From: Acidimicrobiaceae bacterium
GTDB lineage: Bacteria; Actinomycetota; Acidimicrobiia; Acidimicrobiales; Aldehydirespiratoraceae
Reading direction: 5' to 3'
Assembly: GCA_009842325.1 (NCBI GenBank)
Contig: VYFQ01000024.1
Span: 137,419 to 201,418, forward strand
DNA: 64,000 nucleotides
In this document: in pieces, positions 18,662-30,395 of the stretch
Layout of the letters: the number at the start of each line of letters is the position of its first letter
How positions within the stretch are numbered: the first letter of the stretch is position 1
The notes under the pieces: model-generated
Database searches by the model: none
What the model saw: the letters and a program-made list of their open reading frames with translations, nothing else
Told to the model about the DNA's origin: nothing
Position numbers and translations under genes: made by a program

Positions 18662-19987
18662 ATGTCCCGGGGACTGCGCTGGACCAGCGACGACACCGAG
18701 ATCTGGCGGTTGGCGTGGCCCGCGCTGGGCGCGCTGGTGGCCGAGCCTCTGTACGTGCTGGCCGACACCGCCATCGTGGGCCGACTCGGCACTCCCCAGC
18801 TCGGTGGCCTGGCCGTGGCGGCGTCGATCCTGCTGACCGCCCACGCCATGTTCATCTTCCTCGCCTACGGCACCACCGCCGCGGTGGCCCGGCTGCTGGG
18901 AGCGGGCGAACACCGGCGCGCAGCCCACCAGGCGGTGCAGAGCATCTGGCTGGCGCTGACCGCGGGAGTGGTTCTGGCCGTGGTCGGGTTCGTCCTCGCG
19001 CCGACCCTGGTGGACGCGCTGGGGGGCGACGACCCCGAGGTGCTCCACAACGCCCTCGTCTACCTGCGCATCTCACTGTTCGGGCTGCCGGCCATGCTGG
19101 TGATGCTGGCCGGCGTGGGCTACCTGCGGGGCGTCCAGGACACCAAGCGACCGTTCGCGGTGGCCCTGGGATCGGCAGTGGGAAACTTCCTGCTCGAGGT
19201 GGTGCTGGTCTATGGCTTCGACCAGGGGATCGGTGCCTCGGCCCTGTCGACGGTGGTGGCCCAGACTGCGGCCGCGGCTGTGTTCGTGTGGTGGATCAAG
19301 CAGGCCGTGGCCCGCCACCAGGTAAACCTGCGGCCGGATCCGGCCGCCATTCGCCGACTGGCGATCGCGGGCTGGGATCTATTGATCCGGACCTCAGCCA
19401 TGCGGGCCGGCCTGACGGTCACCGTGGCGATCGCGGCCCGTATCGGCACCGACGACCTAGCCGCGCACCAGATCGTGTTCGAGATCTGGACGATTCTGGC
19501 GCTGATCCTGGACGCGGTTGCCATCGCCGGGCAAGCACTGATCGGTCTGGCCCTGGGCGCCAACCAGCCCGAACGTGCCCGGACGCTGGGTCGGCGCATG
19601 ATCGGTTGGGGAGCGGTCTCGGGGGTGATGACCGGCGTGGTGGTGCTGGCCCTCTCACCGCTGCTGCCTCACGTATTCACATCGGATGGGGCAGTGATCG
19701 CGCTGGCCGCCTTCTTGCTGCTTCACGTCGGCTTCGGTCAGCCTGTCGCCGGAGTGGTGTTCGCCCTCGACGGCGTGTTGATCGGCGCCGGCGACTTGCG
19801 CTTCTTGGCCGTCGCGATGATCGGAGCGGGCGCGGTGCTGGTATGTGGCGGGCTACTGGTCGTGGCCGCCGGCGCCGGCATCGGCTGGCTCTGGGCCGCC
19901 CTGCACGCCTGGATGGCAACCCGCCTGGTTCTGATGCTGTGGCGCTTCTCCGGCTCCGCCTGGCAGGTCACCGGCGCCGACCGCTAG
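18662..19987 (+). CDS. MATE family efflux transporter (DinF-like)
   Basis: Internal ATG at 18662 of ORF 17996..19987: MSRGLRWTSDDTEIWRLAWPALGALVAEPLYVLADTAIVGRLG... About 12 TM segments. Confidence 0.85.
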   Translation: MSRGLRWTSDDTEIWRLAWPALGALVAEPLYVLADTAIVGRLGTPQLGGLAVAASILLTAHAMFIFLAYGTTAAVARLLGAGEHRRAAHQAVQSIWLALTAGVVLAVVGFVLAPTLVDALGGDDPEVLHNALVYLRISLFGLPAMLVMLAGVGYLRGVQDTKRPFAVALGSAVGNFLLEVVLVYGFDQGIGASALSTVVAQTAAAAVFVWWIKQAVARHQVNLRPDPAAIRRLAIAGWDLLIRTSAMRAGLTVTVAIAARIGTDDLAAHQIVFEIWTILALILDAVAIAGQALIGLALGANQPERARTLGRRMIGWGAVSGVMTGVVVLALSPLLPHVFTSDGAVIALAAFLLLHVGFGQPVAGVVFALDGVLIGAGDLRFLAVAMIGAGAVLVCGGLLVVAAGAGIGWLWAALHAWMATRLVLMLWRFSGSAWQVTGADR

Positions 19988-21447
19988 GAGCCAGCCCTCT
20001 CTCCCAGGAGACGGTTGACGGCGGCTCCGTCGGCCTGGCCCCTGGTGGCCCGCATGACCTGGCCGGTGAGGAAGCCGGCCAGCTTCTTGCGCTCAGCTTC
20101 GTCGCCCGCGCAGAACCTCGACCACGCCTCGGCGTTCTCGGAAATGACCTGATCGACTGCTGCGGCCAGATCGTCGCCGGCCATGGCCTGGAAGCCCCGG
20201 CGCTCAGCGATCGCGTCGGGAAACCCGCCTCCCTCGGCCATCTCGGCCAGCACCTGCTTGGACTGGGTGGCGGTGAGGCGGCCGGAGGTCTCCATGGCGA
20301 CCAGCGCGGCCAGACCTTCGGGGGTGACGGGCGCCCAGTCCTCGACGGCGAGGTCGTTCGCCACCCGGGTGGCGGCCACGCCCGGATCGGCCCCGGCCGC
20401 GATGGCGGCCCGCACCAGGTCGTCCTGGCCCCGCTCCACCAGCAGGGCGGCATCCTCGGCCGACACCGCTCCCCCTCCGTCGGCCGCAAGGTCGGCCCGG
20501 CGGGCGGCAGGCAGCGGCGGCAGGGCAGCGTCGATGGCCGCGACCGTCTCGGCCGCCGGCGCCAGCGGCACCAGGTCCGGATCCTGGAAGTAGCGGTAGT
20601 CGTCGGCGTCCTCCTTGGAACGGCCCGGCGTGGTGCGCCCGTTCGCCTCGTCCCAGTGGCGGGTCTCCTGGCGAGGCCGCTCGCCGCCGGACCACAGATC
20701 CACATGGCGCTGCGCCTCGTAGACGATGGCCCGGCCGAGCGCTCGCAGCGAACTCAGGTTCTTGATCTCGCAGCGGGTTCGGAGCTCGTCGGAGCCCGTC
20801 GGGCGGACCGAAACGTTGGCGTCCACCCTCATCGAACCCTCCTCCATCCGGGCGTCGGACACGCCGATGGCCAGCAGGATGGCCCGCAGCTCGCGCACGT
20901 AGGCCCGGGCCTGCTCGGCGGTGCGGATGTCGGGACGGCTCACGATCTCCACCAGCGGGACGCCGGCCCGGTTGTAGTCGACCAGTGCATAGTCGGCGTC
21001 GTGGATGCGCCCGCCCCCGCCGATGTGGGTGGTCTTGCCAGTGTCCTCCTCGATATGGGCCCGCTCGATGCCGACGGTGTGGCCGTCGGGCAGCTCGAGG
21101 CAGCCGTCGGTGTTGGTGGGCTGGTCGTACTGGGATATCTGGTAGTCCTTGGGCATGTCCGGGTAGAAGTAGTTTTTGCGGGCGAAGACGGCTCCCCGGA
21201 CCTCGCAGCCCAGAGCCCGGCCCAGGCGCATGGCGCAGTCCACCGCCTCCGCGTTGGCCACCGGCAGCGAGCCCGGCAGCCCCAGGCACACCGGGCACAC
21301 GTTGGTGTTGGGCTCGTCGCCGAAGCGGTTGGCGCAGCCGCAGAACAGCTTGGTGGCCGTGCTCAGCTCCACGTGGACCTCCAAGCCGACTACCAGTTCC
21401 CAGTCCTCGGGCACCGCCGGCTCTCGCCCGGGAACGGCCCGGCTCAT
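19984..21447 (-). CDS. gatB: Asp-tRNA(Asn)/Glu-tRNA(Gln) amidotransferase subunit B
   Basis: [28 protein letters not shown]...[18 protein letters not shown]. 4-nt overlap with gatA. Confidence 0.95.
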   Translation of the reverse strand: MSRAVPGREPAVPEDWELVVGLEVHVELSTATKLFCGCANRFGDEPNTNVCPVCLGLPGSLPVANAEAVDCAMRLGRALGCEVRGAVFARKNYFYPDMPKDYQISQYDQPTNTDGCLELPDGHTVGIERAHIEEDTGKTTHIGGGGRIHDADYALVDYNRAGVPLVEIVSRPDIRTAEQARAYVRELRAILLAIGVSDARMEEGSMRVDANVSVRPTGSDELRTRCEIKNLSSLRALGRAIVYEAQRHVDLWSGGERPRQETRHWDEANGRTTPGRSKEDADDYRYFQDPDLVPLAPAAETVAAIDAALPPLPAARRADLAADGGGAVSAEDAALLVERGQDDLVRAAIAAGADPGVAATRVANDLAVEDWAPVTPEGLAALVAMETSGRLTATQSKQVLAEMAEGGGFPDAIAERRGFQAMAGDDLAAAVDQVISENAEAWSRFCAGDEAERKKLAGFLTGQVMRATRGQADGAAVNRLLGERAGS

Positions 21448-22931
21448 GGAGCGTTCCCGTCGGGGGGTGCAGCCTTCTCGAGCACGGCCGCGGCCCGCAA
21501 CAGCACCGGCTCCGACAGGGCCGGTCCCATGAGTTGCACGCCCACCGGGAGACCGTCGTCGCCGCAGCCGAAGGGCACCGACACCGCCGGGTGGCCCGTG
21601 AGGTTAGACGGGATCGTGCATACATCGTTGAGGTACATCAGCAGCGGGTCGGCGGTCTTGGCTCCCAGCTCGAACGCGGTCGTCGGCGCGGTCGGGCCCA
21701 GCAGGACGTCCACGCCGGCGTAGGCCGCGGCGCACTCCCGCAGCATCAGCGTGCGCACCCGCAGGGTCTTGGCGTAGAAGGCGTCGTAGTAGCCCGCCGA
21801 CAGGGCGTAGGTTCCGAGCATGATCCGGCGCTTCACCTCGGCGCCGAAACCGGCCGTGCGGGAGCTGACATTCATCTCCGCGGCGTTGGCTGCGTCCACC
21901 CGCAACCCGTAGCGCACCCCGTCGTAGCGAGCCAGATTGCTGGACGCCTCGGCCGGCGCGATCAGGTAGTAGGCCGACAGACCCAGCACCGCCGACGGCA
22001 CCGACACGACGGTGACGGCCGCGCCCGCAGCCTCCAGTGCGGCGGCGGCGGCATCGACCCGGCCGATGACATCGGCCGCGACGCCCTCAACGGCCGAGAC
22101 CCCGTCCAACCCGTCGGCCTCCTGAAGGCGGGCGCTCCCGGCGCACAACTCGGCCACCAGCCCGACCCGTAGACCGTTCACACCCTGCCCCAGCCCGGCC
22201 ACGACCGGATCGCGGGCACCGTCGATCGAGGTGGAGTCGAGCGGGTCGTGCCCCGAGATGGCCTCGAAGCAGGCTGCTGCGTCGGCAACGTTGGACGCCA
22301 TGGGGCCGATCTGGTCGAGCGACGAGGCGAACGCGACCAGTCCGTAGCGCGACACCGCGCCGTAAGTGGGCTTGAGGCCGACCACACCGCACAGCGCGGC
22401 CGGCTGTCGGACCGACCCTCCCGTGTCGGACCCGAGCGCCAGCGGTGCGAACCCCGCGGCCACTGCGGCCGCCGACCCTCCGCTGGAGCCACCGGGCACC
22501 CGGTCGGTGTCGTGGGGGTTGCGGGTGGGTCCGAAGGCGGAGTTCTCGGTGGACGAGCCCATGGCGAACTCGTCGAGGTTCGTCTTGCCGACGATGACCG
22601 CGCCGGCGGAGCGAAGCCGCTGCACGACGGTGGCGTCATATGGGGGGCGCCAGCCCTCGAGCATCCGTGACGAGCAGGTGGTGGGCACTCCCCTGGTGCA
22701 CAGGTTGTCCTTGAGCGCCACCGGCACGCCCGCCAGCGGCCCGACCGCGTCGCCCCTCGACACTGCGGCGTCCACCTCCCGGGCGGCCGTCCTCGCCTCG
22801 TCGGCCAGCACAAGGTTGAAGGCACCGATCTCCGTGTCACGCTGGGAGATCCTGGCGAGGTGCTCGTCCAGCACGTCCAGGGCCGTGCGTTCTCCGGACT
22901 TCACCGCCGCGGCGATCCCCAGGGCGGTCAC
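21444..22931 (-). CDS. gatA: Asp-tRNA(Asn)/Glu-tRNA(Gln) amidotransferase subunit A
   Basis: Amidase signature: [36 protein letters not shown]. Confidence 0.95.
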   Translation of the reverse strand: MTALGIAAAVKSGERTALDVLDEHLARISQRDTEIGAFNLVLADEARTAAREVDAAVSRGDAVGPLAGVPVALKDNLCTRGVPTTCSSRMLEGWRPPYDATVVQRLRSAGAVIVGKTNLDEFAMGSSTENSAFGPTRNPHDTDRVPGGSSGGSAAAVAAGFAPLALGSDTGGSVRQPAALCGVVGLKPTYGAVSRYGLVAFASSLDQIGPMASNVADAAACFEAISGHDPLDSTSIDGARDPVVAGLGQGVNGLRVGLVAELCAGSARLQEADGLDGVSAVEGVAADVIGRVDAAAAALEAAGAAVTVVSVPSAVLGLSAYYLIAPAEASSNLARYDGVRYGLRVDAANAAEMNVSSRTAGFGAEVKRRIMLGTYALSAGYYDAFYAKTLRVRTLMLRECAAAYAGVDVLLGPTAPTTAFELGAKTADPLLMYLNDVCTIPSNLTGHPAVSVPFGCGDDGLPVGVQLMGPALSEPVLLRAAAVLEKAAPPDGNAP

Positions 22932-22974
22932 AGTGTCTTCTCCGGCGGCGTGGCCTGCAGCGACCCCCGTCCGA

Positions 22975-23277
22975 TCACGGTGCCTCGCCCAGGATCGGCG
23001 GTACCCGGAACTGGCCGTCGTCCACCGACGGCGCCTGGGCCAGCACTTCGTCCCGGTCCAGCGACGGCCGAACCTCGTCGGCCCGGGTCACGTTGACGAG
23101 CGGATGGGGATGCGAGGTCGGCGCGATGTCGGTTACGTCGAGAGCCTCGACATCGGCGGCGTGGTCGAGCACCGCGGAGAGCTGCGCCGCGAGCTCGTCG
23201 AGCTCTTCGTCGCTGAAGCGCAGGCGGGCCAACCGGGCCACATGGGCCGCCTCGTCGCGGGTTATCCGGCCGGACAC
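22975..23277 (-). CDS. gatC: Asp-tRNA(Asn)/Glu-tRNA(Gln) amidotransferase subunit C
   Basis: The GTG at 23277 gives a 100-aa protein, [27 protein letters not shown]..., matching the usual GatC N-terminus (MSxISRDEV). The ORF-track ATG at 23331 would overlap the kinase gene. Confidence 0.85.
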   Translation of the reverse strand: MSGRITRDEAAHVARLARLRFSDEELDELAAQLSAVLDHAADVEALDVTDIAPTSHPHPLVNVTRADEVRPSLDRDEVLAQAPSVDDGQFRVPPILGEAP

Positions 23278-23299
23278 GTCGGAAGGATAGGCCCGGCGC

Positions 23300-25099
23300 C
23301 TATCCGCCGGAGCCCTCTCCGCCGGACTCATCGTCCTCGGACGCCTGTCCCTCCGACTCGAGGCCTTCTTCGTCCTCGGCGGGCTCCTCAGGCTCCGGCG
23401 GCGGCATGGGGCCCAGCGAGACCCTCACCTGCACGGTGCTGCCGATCGGCAGTGAGTTGCCGCTGGCGGGACGGAAGGCGATCACGGTGCCTTCGGGCAC
23501 CTCGGCGGAGAACTCCTGCACGAGCCGCGGCACCAGCTGGATCGCATCCAGCGCGCCGGCGGCCGCATCCAGCTCCCGGCTCTCAGGCACCCTGGGGACG
23601 ACCCGATCGGCCGGGCCCTCCGAGACCAGCAGCACCACGTCGCTGCCGACCTCTAGTTCGAAAACGCCGTCGGCTACGTCAAGACCGATCACGTTCCCGG
23701 CCGGGACGACATCGTCGTTGGCGAGCGTCTCCCCGGCGAAGTCGAGGCCCGCCGCCTCCAGTTCGTCGGCGGCGTCGTCCACTGTCATGCCGTAGACGAC
23801 GTCCAAGTCGGCGACCAGGATCAGCGGCTCGCCCAGCGAAACGAACACGTCCAGCGTCTCGCCCTCACCCAACGGGGTGCCGGCGGCGGGCTCTGTGCGG
23901 AGGATCGTTCCGCGCTCGATGTTCGGCGTTCGCACCAGTACCTCATTGACCTCCCAACCCGACTCGGCCGCGGCCGACGCGGCCGCGGCCTGCGGGTGGC
24001 CTTGGAGGTCGGGAACGGTGGGATCGGATGCGACTGAGAGCCAGGCCCAGACTCCGCCGGCCGCGCCGCCCAGCACCAGGATGGCGGCCAGCGCCAGCCC
24101 AGGCCAGCGGCGTCGGGGGATGTCGTCGTGGGGGATCGCCAGACGCTCCGACACGGTCGGCCCGATCTGCTCGAAGGCTTCGCTTCTGCCATGGGTTGGA
24201 CCGGCATCGGCGGGCGGCGCCTTCGAGATGGCCAGCGGAAGCGGGTCGGGCCGGGGCAGCAGGGGCGCGATCCGCAGCAGTTCGGACGCCAGTTCGGCGG
24301 CCGTCAGCCTTCCGATGGGATCGGCTGCGATGGCGCGCTCCAGCACTGCTTGAAGCGGGCCTAGGGCGGTGATGGGTATCGGGTCCAAGCCGCCGACATC
24401 GACGGTCAGGTTCCGGGAGCCGGTGACCGCCTCGCAAAGGACCATGGCCAGATCGTGTACGTCCTGCGCCTGTTCAATCCGGGAATAGCTCGCCGGCGCA
24501 TCTCCCGAGTCGACGACGCCTGCGGCCGCCGGGGTCGCAGCCGGATCCGCGGTCCCGGTTGTGCCCGCATCAACAGTCTCGGCCGACCGTTGCGCAGCCT
24601 CGTCGAGGGCCGCGGCCAGGCCGAGGTCCGAGATGTAGGGCCGGGCACCGGAGTCGAACAGGATGGCGGAGGGCGTCAGGCCGAGGTGTGCCCGGCCGCC
24701 CTTGTGGATGTTCACGAGCGCCCGGGCGGCCTCCAGCCCGACCATGAGCGCCTGCGACGGAGTGAGCCGGTAGCCCTCGCGCAGGAGCGAAGCCAGGCTG
24801 CCGCCAGTGAGATACTCCGTCACCGTGTATGGCTGCGGATCGACGCCCCAGTCGTACACGGGCAGCACGCGAGGATGGCTGAGTGCCGAGGTGGCCCGCA
24901 TCTGATCGGCGAAGCTCTCCGTGAAGCCGAAGTCCTCGGCGGTGTCGGCTCGCAGGATCTTCAGTGCAACTCGGCGGCGCAGAGTGAGATCCTCAGCCAC
25001 GTAGACGCGGGCGTCCGAGCCCTCTCCGACGAACTCCAGCAGCCGGTAGCGGCCGCCGAATGCCCGCCTCGCCTCTTGGTCGGCGATCATCGCCGTCAC
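23300..25099 (-). CDS. transmembrane PASTA-domain protein with degenerate Ser/Thr kinase domain (predicted pseudokinase)
   Basis: Kinase fold is present (GEGSDARVY, VALKIL, DVHDLAMVLCEAVTG). The catalytic loop reads HKGGRAHLGLTPSAILF instead of HRDxKPxN, and DFG reads DLG. TM segment WPGLALAAILVLGGAAGGVWAWL, then 3 PASTA-like repeats and an acidic tail. Confidence 0.8.
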   Translation of the reverse strand: MTAMIADQEARRAFGGRYRLLEFVGEGSDARVYVAEDLTLRRRVALKILRADTAEDFGFTESFADQMRATSALSHPRVLPVYDWGVDPQPYTVTEYLTGGSLASLLREGYRLTPSQALMVGLEAARALVNIHKGGRAHLGLTPSAILFDSGARPYISDLGLAAALDEAAQRSAETVDAGTTGTADPAATPAAAGVVDSGDAPASYSRIEQAQDVHDLAMVLCEAVTGSRNLTVDVGGLDPIPITALGPLQAVLERAIAADPIGRLTAAELASELLRIAPLLPRPDPLPLAISKAPPADAGPTHGRSEAFEQIGPTVSERLAIPHDDIPRRRWPGLALAAILVLGGAAGGVWAWLSVASDPTVPDLQGHPQAAAASAAAESGWEVNEVLVRTPNIERGTILRTEPAAGTPLGEGETLDVFVSLGEPLILVADLDVVYGMTVDDAADELEAAGLDFAGETLANDDVVPAGNVIGLDVADGVFELEVGSDVVLLVSEGPADRVVPRVPESRELDAAAGALDAIQLVPRLVQEFSAEVPEGTVIAFRPASGNSLPIGSTVQVRVSLGPMPPPEPEEPAEDEEGLESEGQASEDDESGGEGSGG

Positions 25100-25157
25100 G
25101 GTACCGCCCTAGGCGCCACCGGCCGGTGCTCTCCCGGTCGCGCTCCCTCCCGGTACC

Positions 25158-25688
25158 GTGCGATCTGCGATGACTACCAACGGACCAGGGCCCGAGCGGC
25201 CCGTGAGCGAAGCGAACAGGAGCGGGAACCCCAGCCCCGACCAGCCTCCACCGTCGCGCAGCTCACTGCGGATCCAGGTGAGCATCGCCGCGCTGCTTCT
25301 GTTCGGGATCCTGGGCTTCGTCGTGGCTGCCCTGGTCGGCTCTGGCGACAACTCCGACGAAGCGGTTACTGCGAGCCCGGCGGTAGACCGCGTGATCCCG
25401 AACCCCGGAGACGAGGTCCTCCAGCAGCAGCGAGTGGCAGTGGTCCTCGACGCCCGGTACCGCCTGTCCTCGCTGGTCGTGTACCAGAGCGATCAGCTCA
25501 CCGGCGGGGTCGACGTGACTGCTCAGGTAGACCACATCGAAGGCCTGAACCGGTTCGAGTTCGTACCCGGTGAAGGCAGGTTGATCGAGGCGCTGTCACC
25601 CGACACCAACTGCGCAGTGGCAACCTTCGTGCTGATAGCCCGACCCGAGGAGGCCGACACCGCCCGCTGGTGCTTCGAGGTGTCCTGA
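25158..25688 (+). CDS. hypothetical single-pass membrane protein
   Basis: 176 aa. TM segment IQVSIAALLLFGILGFVVAALVG, followed by a ~110-aa extracytoplasmic domain containing 2 Cys. Divergent from the pseudokinase gene. Confidence 0.5.
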   Translation: MRSAMTTNGPGPERPVSEANRSGNPSPDQPPPSRSSLRIQVSIAALLLFGILGFVVAALVGSGDNSDEAVTASPAVDRVIPNPGDEVLQQQRVAVVLDARYRLSSLVVYQSDQLTGGVDVTAQVDHIEGLNRFEFVPGEGRLIEALSPDTNCAVATFVLIARPEEADTARWCFEVS

Positions 25689-25714
25689 AGCCGGCGCGGG
25701 CCGGCGTCGACTGC

Positions 25715-27283
25715 TCAGGACTCGTTGCAGGCCAGAGCTCGGAGGCGGTCCAAGTCCTCGGGGTCCGTCATCTCGATCACGGCATACACCGGCTTGCGGG
25801 GTCCGGTGACTGCCTCCAAGGCTCGGTACCCGGCGCTGTTGGGGGCTGGCCGGTCCGTGGTCAGCAACACGAGACGCCCGCTCAGCCCGAGCGTGTGCAG
25901 CACCCCTGCGCGGCCGAGGGCCTTCCAGAGCGTGTCGGTGCGCCGAAGCCCGGGGCGCTGCGTGACGCTGAACGCACCCGACACGTCGAAGAGCCACCGC
26001 TTATCCCGGCGGTCTCGAGCCGAGAAGTTGATCTCGACGCCGCCGTCAAGTACTGGCTTGTCCTGGACATCACGGAATCCGCAATCAAGAAGGACACCGC
26101 GAGCCAATTCTTGCGCCTTCCGTCCCTCTCGAACGGCGCGGGCCTGGAAGTCCTCTGCGGTTGAGGAATGCTCGGAGCCATTGCCCGACCTACGCGAGTC
26201 GGTTGACGATCCGGCAGCATCCTCGAACAGGCGGGACTGTTTGCCGTTGCCTGAAGGCGCAACCGTCACCTTCCATCGCTCTGCATCCGAGTGCCCGTCG
26301 AGTTGCTCGCGTTCAGACCTGATGCGCTCCTCGGCCAGGGCGACGTAGTCAGCTTCGGTGTCGAAGCCGACGTAGTGGCGTCCGGTTCGCACCGCCGCAA
26401 CCGCAGTGGTCCCAGCACCCATGAAGGGATCCAGCACTAGGTCACCGCGGTAGGTGTAGAGGTCGATGAGGCGCTGCGGCAGTTCCACCGGGAAGGGCGC
26501 AGGATGCCCTACTCGAGTGGCGGAGGCGGTCGGAATATCCCAAACGTCGGTCGTGGCCTCCAAGAACTCGTCAACAGGGGCCGTGCCTTCCGAGGGCAGT
26601 CCCTGAGTGGCGCGCTCGGCCGCTGGCACGGCCCGATCGAAGCGACCCTTGGAGGCGATCACTACACGCTCGGTCAGGTCTCTCAGCACCGGGTTGCTGG
26701 GCCGCTGGAAGCTGCCCCAGGCGCAGTTGCCGGCCGCGCCCCGGGCTTTGCGCCAGATCACTTCTCCTCGCAGCAGTAGGCCCAAGCGATCCTGGAGAAT
26801 CGTAATGACATCGGCCGACAGAGAGCGGTACGGCTTCCGCCCCAGATTGGCGACGTTGACGGCGATGCGCCCTCCCGGCTCCAACTTGCGCACGCACTCC
26901 GAGAAGACGGCTTCGAGCATCTCCAGATAGGCGACATAGTCGGCGGGGATGTGACCCTCCCCTACCGCCTCCTCATACTCCTTCCCCGCGAAGTACGGGG
27001 GTGAGGTGACGACCAGCGCCACCGAGTTGTCAGCGATGTCGCCGTAGGCGTCCATGTCGCGGGCGTCGCCGACCCAGAGCGCGTCGCGGCAGGAATGCCG
27101 AGCGATCTCGGAGTCGGAGTTGATCTCGGGTGCTGTGAACCGCTCATAGAACGCCGAGGAATCGTGGCCCTCCCGCCGGCTCACGCCGAAGCTAGAAGTG
27201 GCTGTTCCGCCCCTTCGTGCCGGTGTGCTCATCGGTCCGAACCTACATCGCCCCTGTGCCACGGTGGCGGACGCGCCCGCCAT
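25715..27283 (-). CDS. beta-class N4/N6 DNA methyltransferase fused to an unassigned ~150-aa C-terminal domain
   Basis: Motif IV (VVTSPPYFAGKEY) precedes motif I (LVLDPFMGAGTTAVAAVRTGRHYVGFD). A Ser/Gly/Asp-rich linker is followed by GVLLDCGFRDV...VEINFSARDRRDKRWLFDVSGAF...LVLLTTD. Alternative ATG start at 27232. Confidence 0.85.
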   Translation of the reverse strand: MAGASATVAQGRCRFGPMSTPARRGGTATSSFGVSRREGHDSSAFYERFTAPEINSDSEIARHSCRDALWVGDARDMDAYGDIADNSVALVVTSPPYFAGKEYEEAVGEGHIPADYVAYLEMLEAVFSECVRKLEPGGRIAVNVANLGRKPYRSLSADVITILQDRLGLLLRGEVIWRKARGAAGNCAWGSFQRPSNPVLRDLTERVVIASKGRFDRAVPAAERATQGLPSEGTAPVDEFLEATTDVWDIPTASATRVGHPAPFPVELPQRLIDLYTYRGDLVLDPFMGAGTTAVAAVRTGRHYVGFDTEADYVALAEERIRSEREQLDGHSDAERWKVTVAPSGNGKQSRLFEDAAGSSTDSRRSGNGSEHSSTAEDFQARAVREGRKAQELARGVLLDCGFRDVQDKPVLDGGVEINFSARDRRDKRWLFDVSGAFSVTQRPGLRRTDTLWKALGRAGVLHTLGLSGRLVLLTTDRPAPNSAGYRALEAVTGPRKPVYAVIEMTDPEDLDRLRALACNES

Positions 27284-27289
27284 GAATGG

Positions 27290-29413
<2,124 letters not shown>

Positions 29414-29518
29414 CTACATCTGCCGTGTGCCTCGCTACCGCTGCCCGGTGCCACAATTGCGGCCGTGCCAGGCGACGCGCGCTCCTCGGGAAGAAGCCGG
29501 GACCGAACCGCTTTGAGG

Positions 29519-30376
29519 GTGCGTACCGGAGCGGTCACGGCCTGGCTGGCGGTCGGGGTGGCCGCGTTGCTCGGCGACGTGATCACACCTGAGCTGCGAC
29601 CAACCGACGATGCAGCCCTCGCCACGGTGGTCGCGGCCATGTGGCTCGCCTACGGCCTCGTGCTCGCCGCGCTGCTGCTGCCGGGACCTCGGGCGCTGAC
29701 GGTGGCTCGCATCGGCGTTCCGGCCGGCGCTCTGGAGTTGGCGTTCGCCGCTGCCGCATTGTCGGATCCCGTCGCCGTCGTCGGGCACCTGTTCTGTGTG
29801 GTCGGCACCCTGATCGTGTTCCACCCCTTCTATGCCGAGGCCCAAGTCGACGCGTCCAGCTACGGCGACGAGCGCCGTTTCCTGCTGCGCCCGCCAGGAC
29901 CGGTCATCGTCGCGCTGGTCGTGCCGATGGGAGCGCTCGCGGTTGGCGGTGTCGCCATCGGCCCCCTGCTGCTAGCCGACCGTGGTTGGGTGGCGGGAAT
30001 AGTGGCCGCCGCGATCGGGCTGCCGACGGCCGCCTTCGCGGCCCACACCCTGTTCCGGCTGGCTCGGCGTTGGCTGGTGTTCGTCCCCAATGGGCTGGTG
30101 CTGCATGACCATCTCGCTGTGGCCGAGCCGCTGCCCCTGAGCCGCCGCGGCATTGACTCGATCGGCCCGGCCCGTGCCGACACCGGCGCGGTCGACCTGA
30201 CCGCTCAAGCCTTCGGCATGGCTTTGGAGCTGCGGCTCAGCGAGCCCGTCAAGGCCGGCGTCATGACCGGACGCAACCGCAGCGAGGAGCGCTCGCTGGC
30301 CGCCCTGCTGGTGTCGCCCAGCCGTCCCGCAGCCGTGCTGGCCACCGCCGAGCGCCGCGGCCTCAAGCTCGGCTAG
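29519..30376 (+). CDS. hypothetical polytopic membrane protein (possible C-terminal bacterial PH-like domain)
   Basis: Only the 3' third of ORF 28250..30376 does not overlap ligA. GTG at 29519: VRTGAVTAWLAVGVAALLG... About 5-6 TM segments, then WLVFVPNGLVLHD. Confidence 0.5.
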   Translation: MRTGAVTAWLAVGVAALLGDVITPELRPTDDAALATVVAAMWLAYGLVLAALLLPGPRALTVARIGVPAGALELAFAAAALSDPVAVVGHLFCVVGTLIVFHPFYAEAQVDASSYGDERRFLLRPPGPVIVALVVPMGALAVGGVAIGPLLLADRGWVAGIVAAAIGLPTAAFAAHTLFRLARRWLVFVPNGLVLHDHLAVAEPLPLSRRGIDSIGPARADTGAVDLTAQAFGMALELRLSEPVKAGVMTGRNRSEERSLAALLVSPSRPAAVLATAERRGLKLG

Positions 30377-30395
30377 TCGCGGCTCGGGGCGGGCG

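Noticed and set aside
18715-21723. A 1002-aa ORF on the + strand, and similar long ORFs at 1046..2614(-), 8445..10052(+), 20204..21625(-), 22366..23949(+), 36097..37314(+), 38605..40287(+), 50729..52177(-) and 55447..56145(-).
   Set aside because: They lie antisense to, or out of frame with, genes that have unmistakable family motifs (gatB, gatA, ALDH, murA, glyA, mcrB and others). Their translations are Arg/Gly/Pro/Ala-rich low-complexity sequence. This is the usual stop-codon-poor artefact of about 70% GC DNA.
25715-27283. The DNA methyltransferase as the protective partner of the McrBC-like system.
   Set aside because: The two loci are 23 kb apart with many core genes between them. McrBC-type systems target modified DNA and need no cognate methylase.
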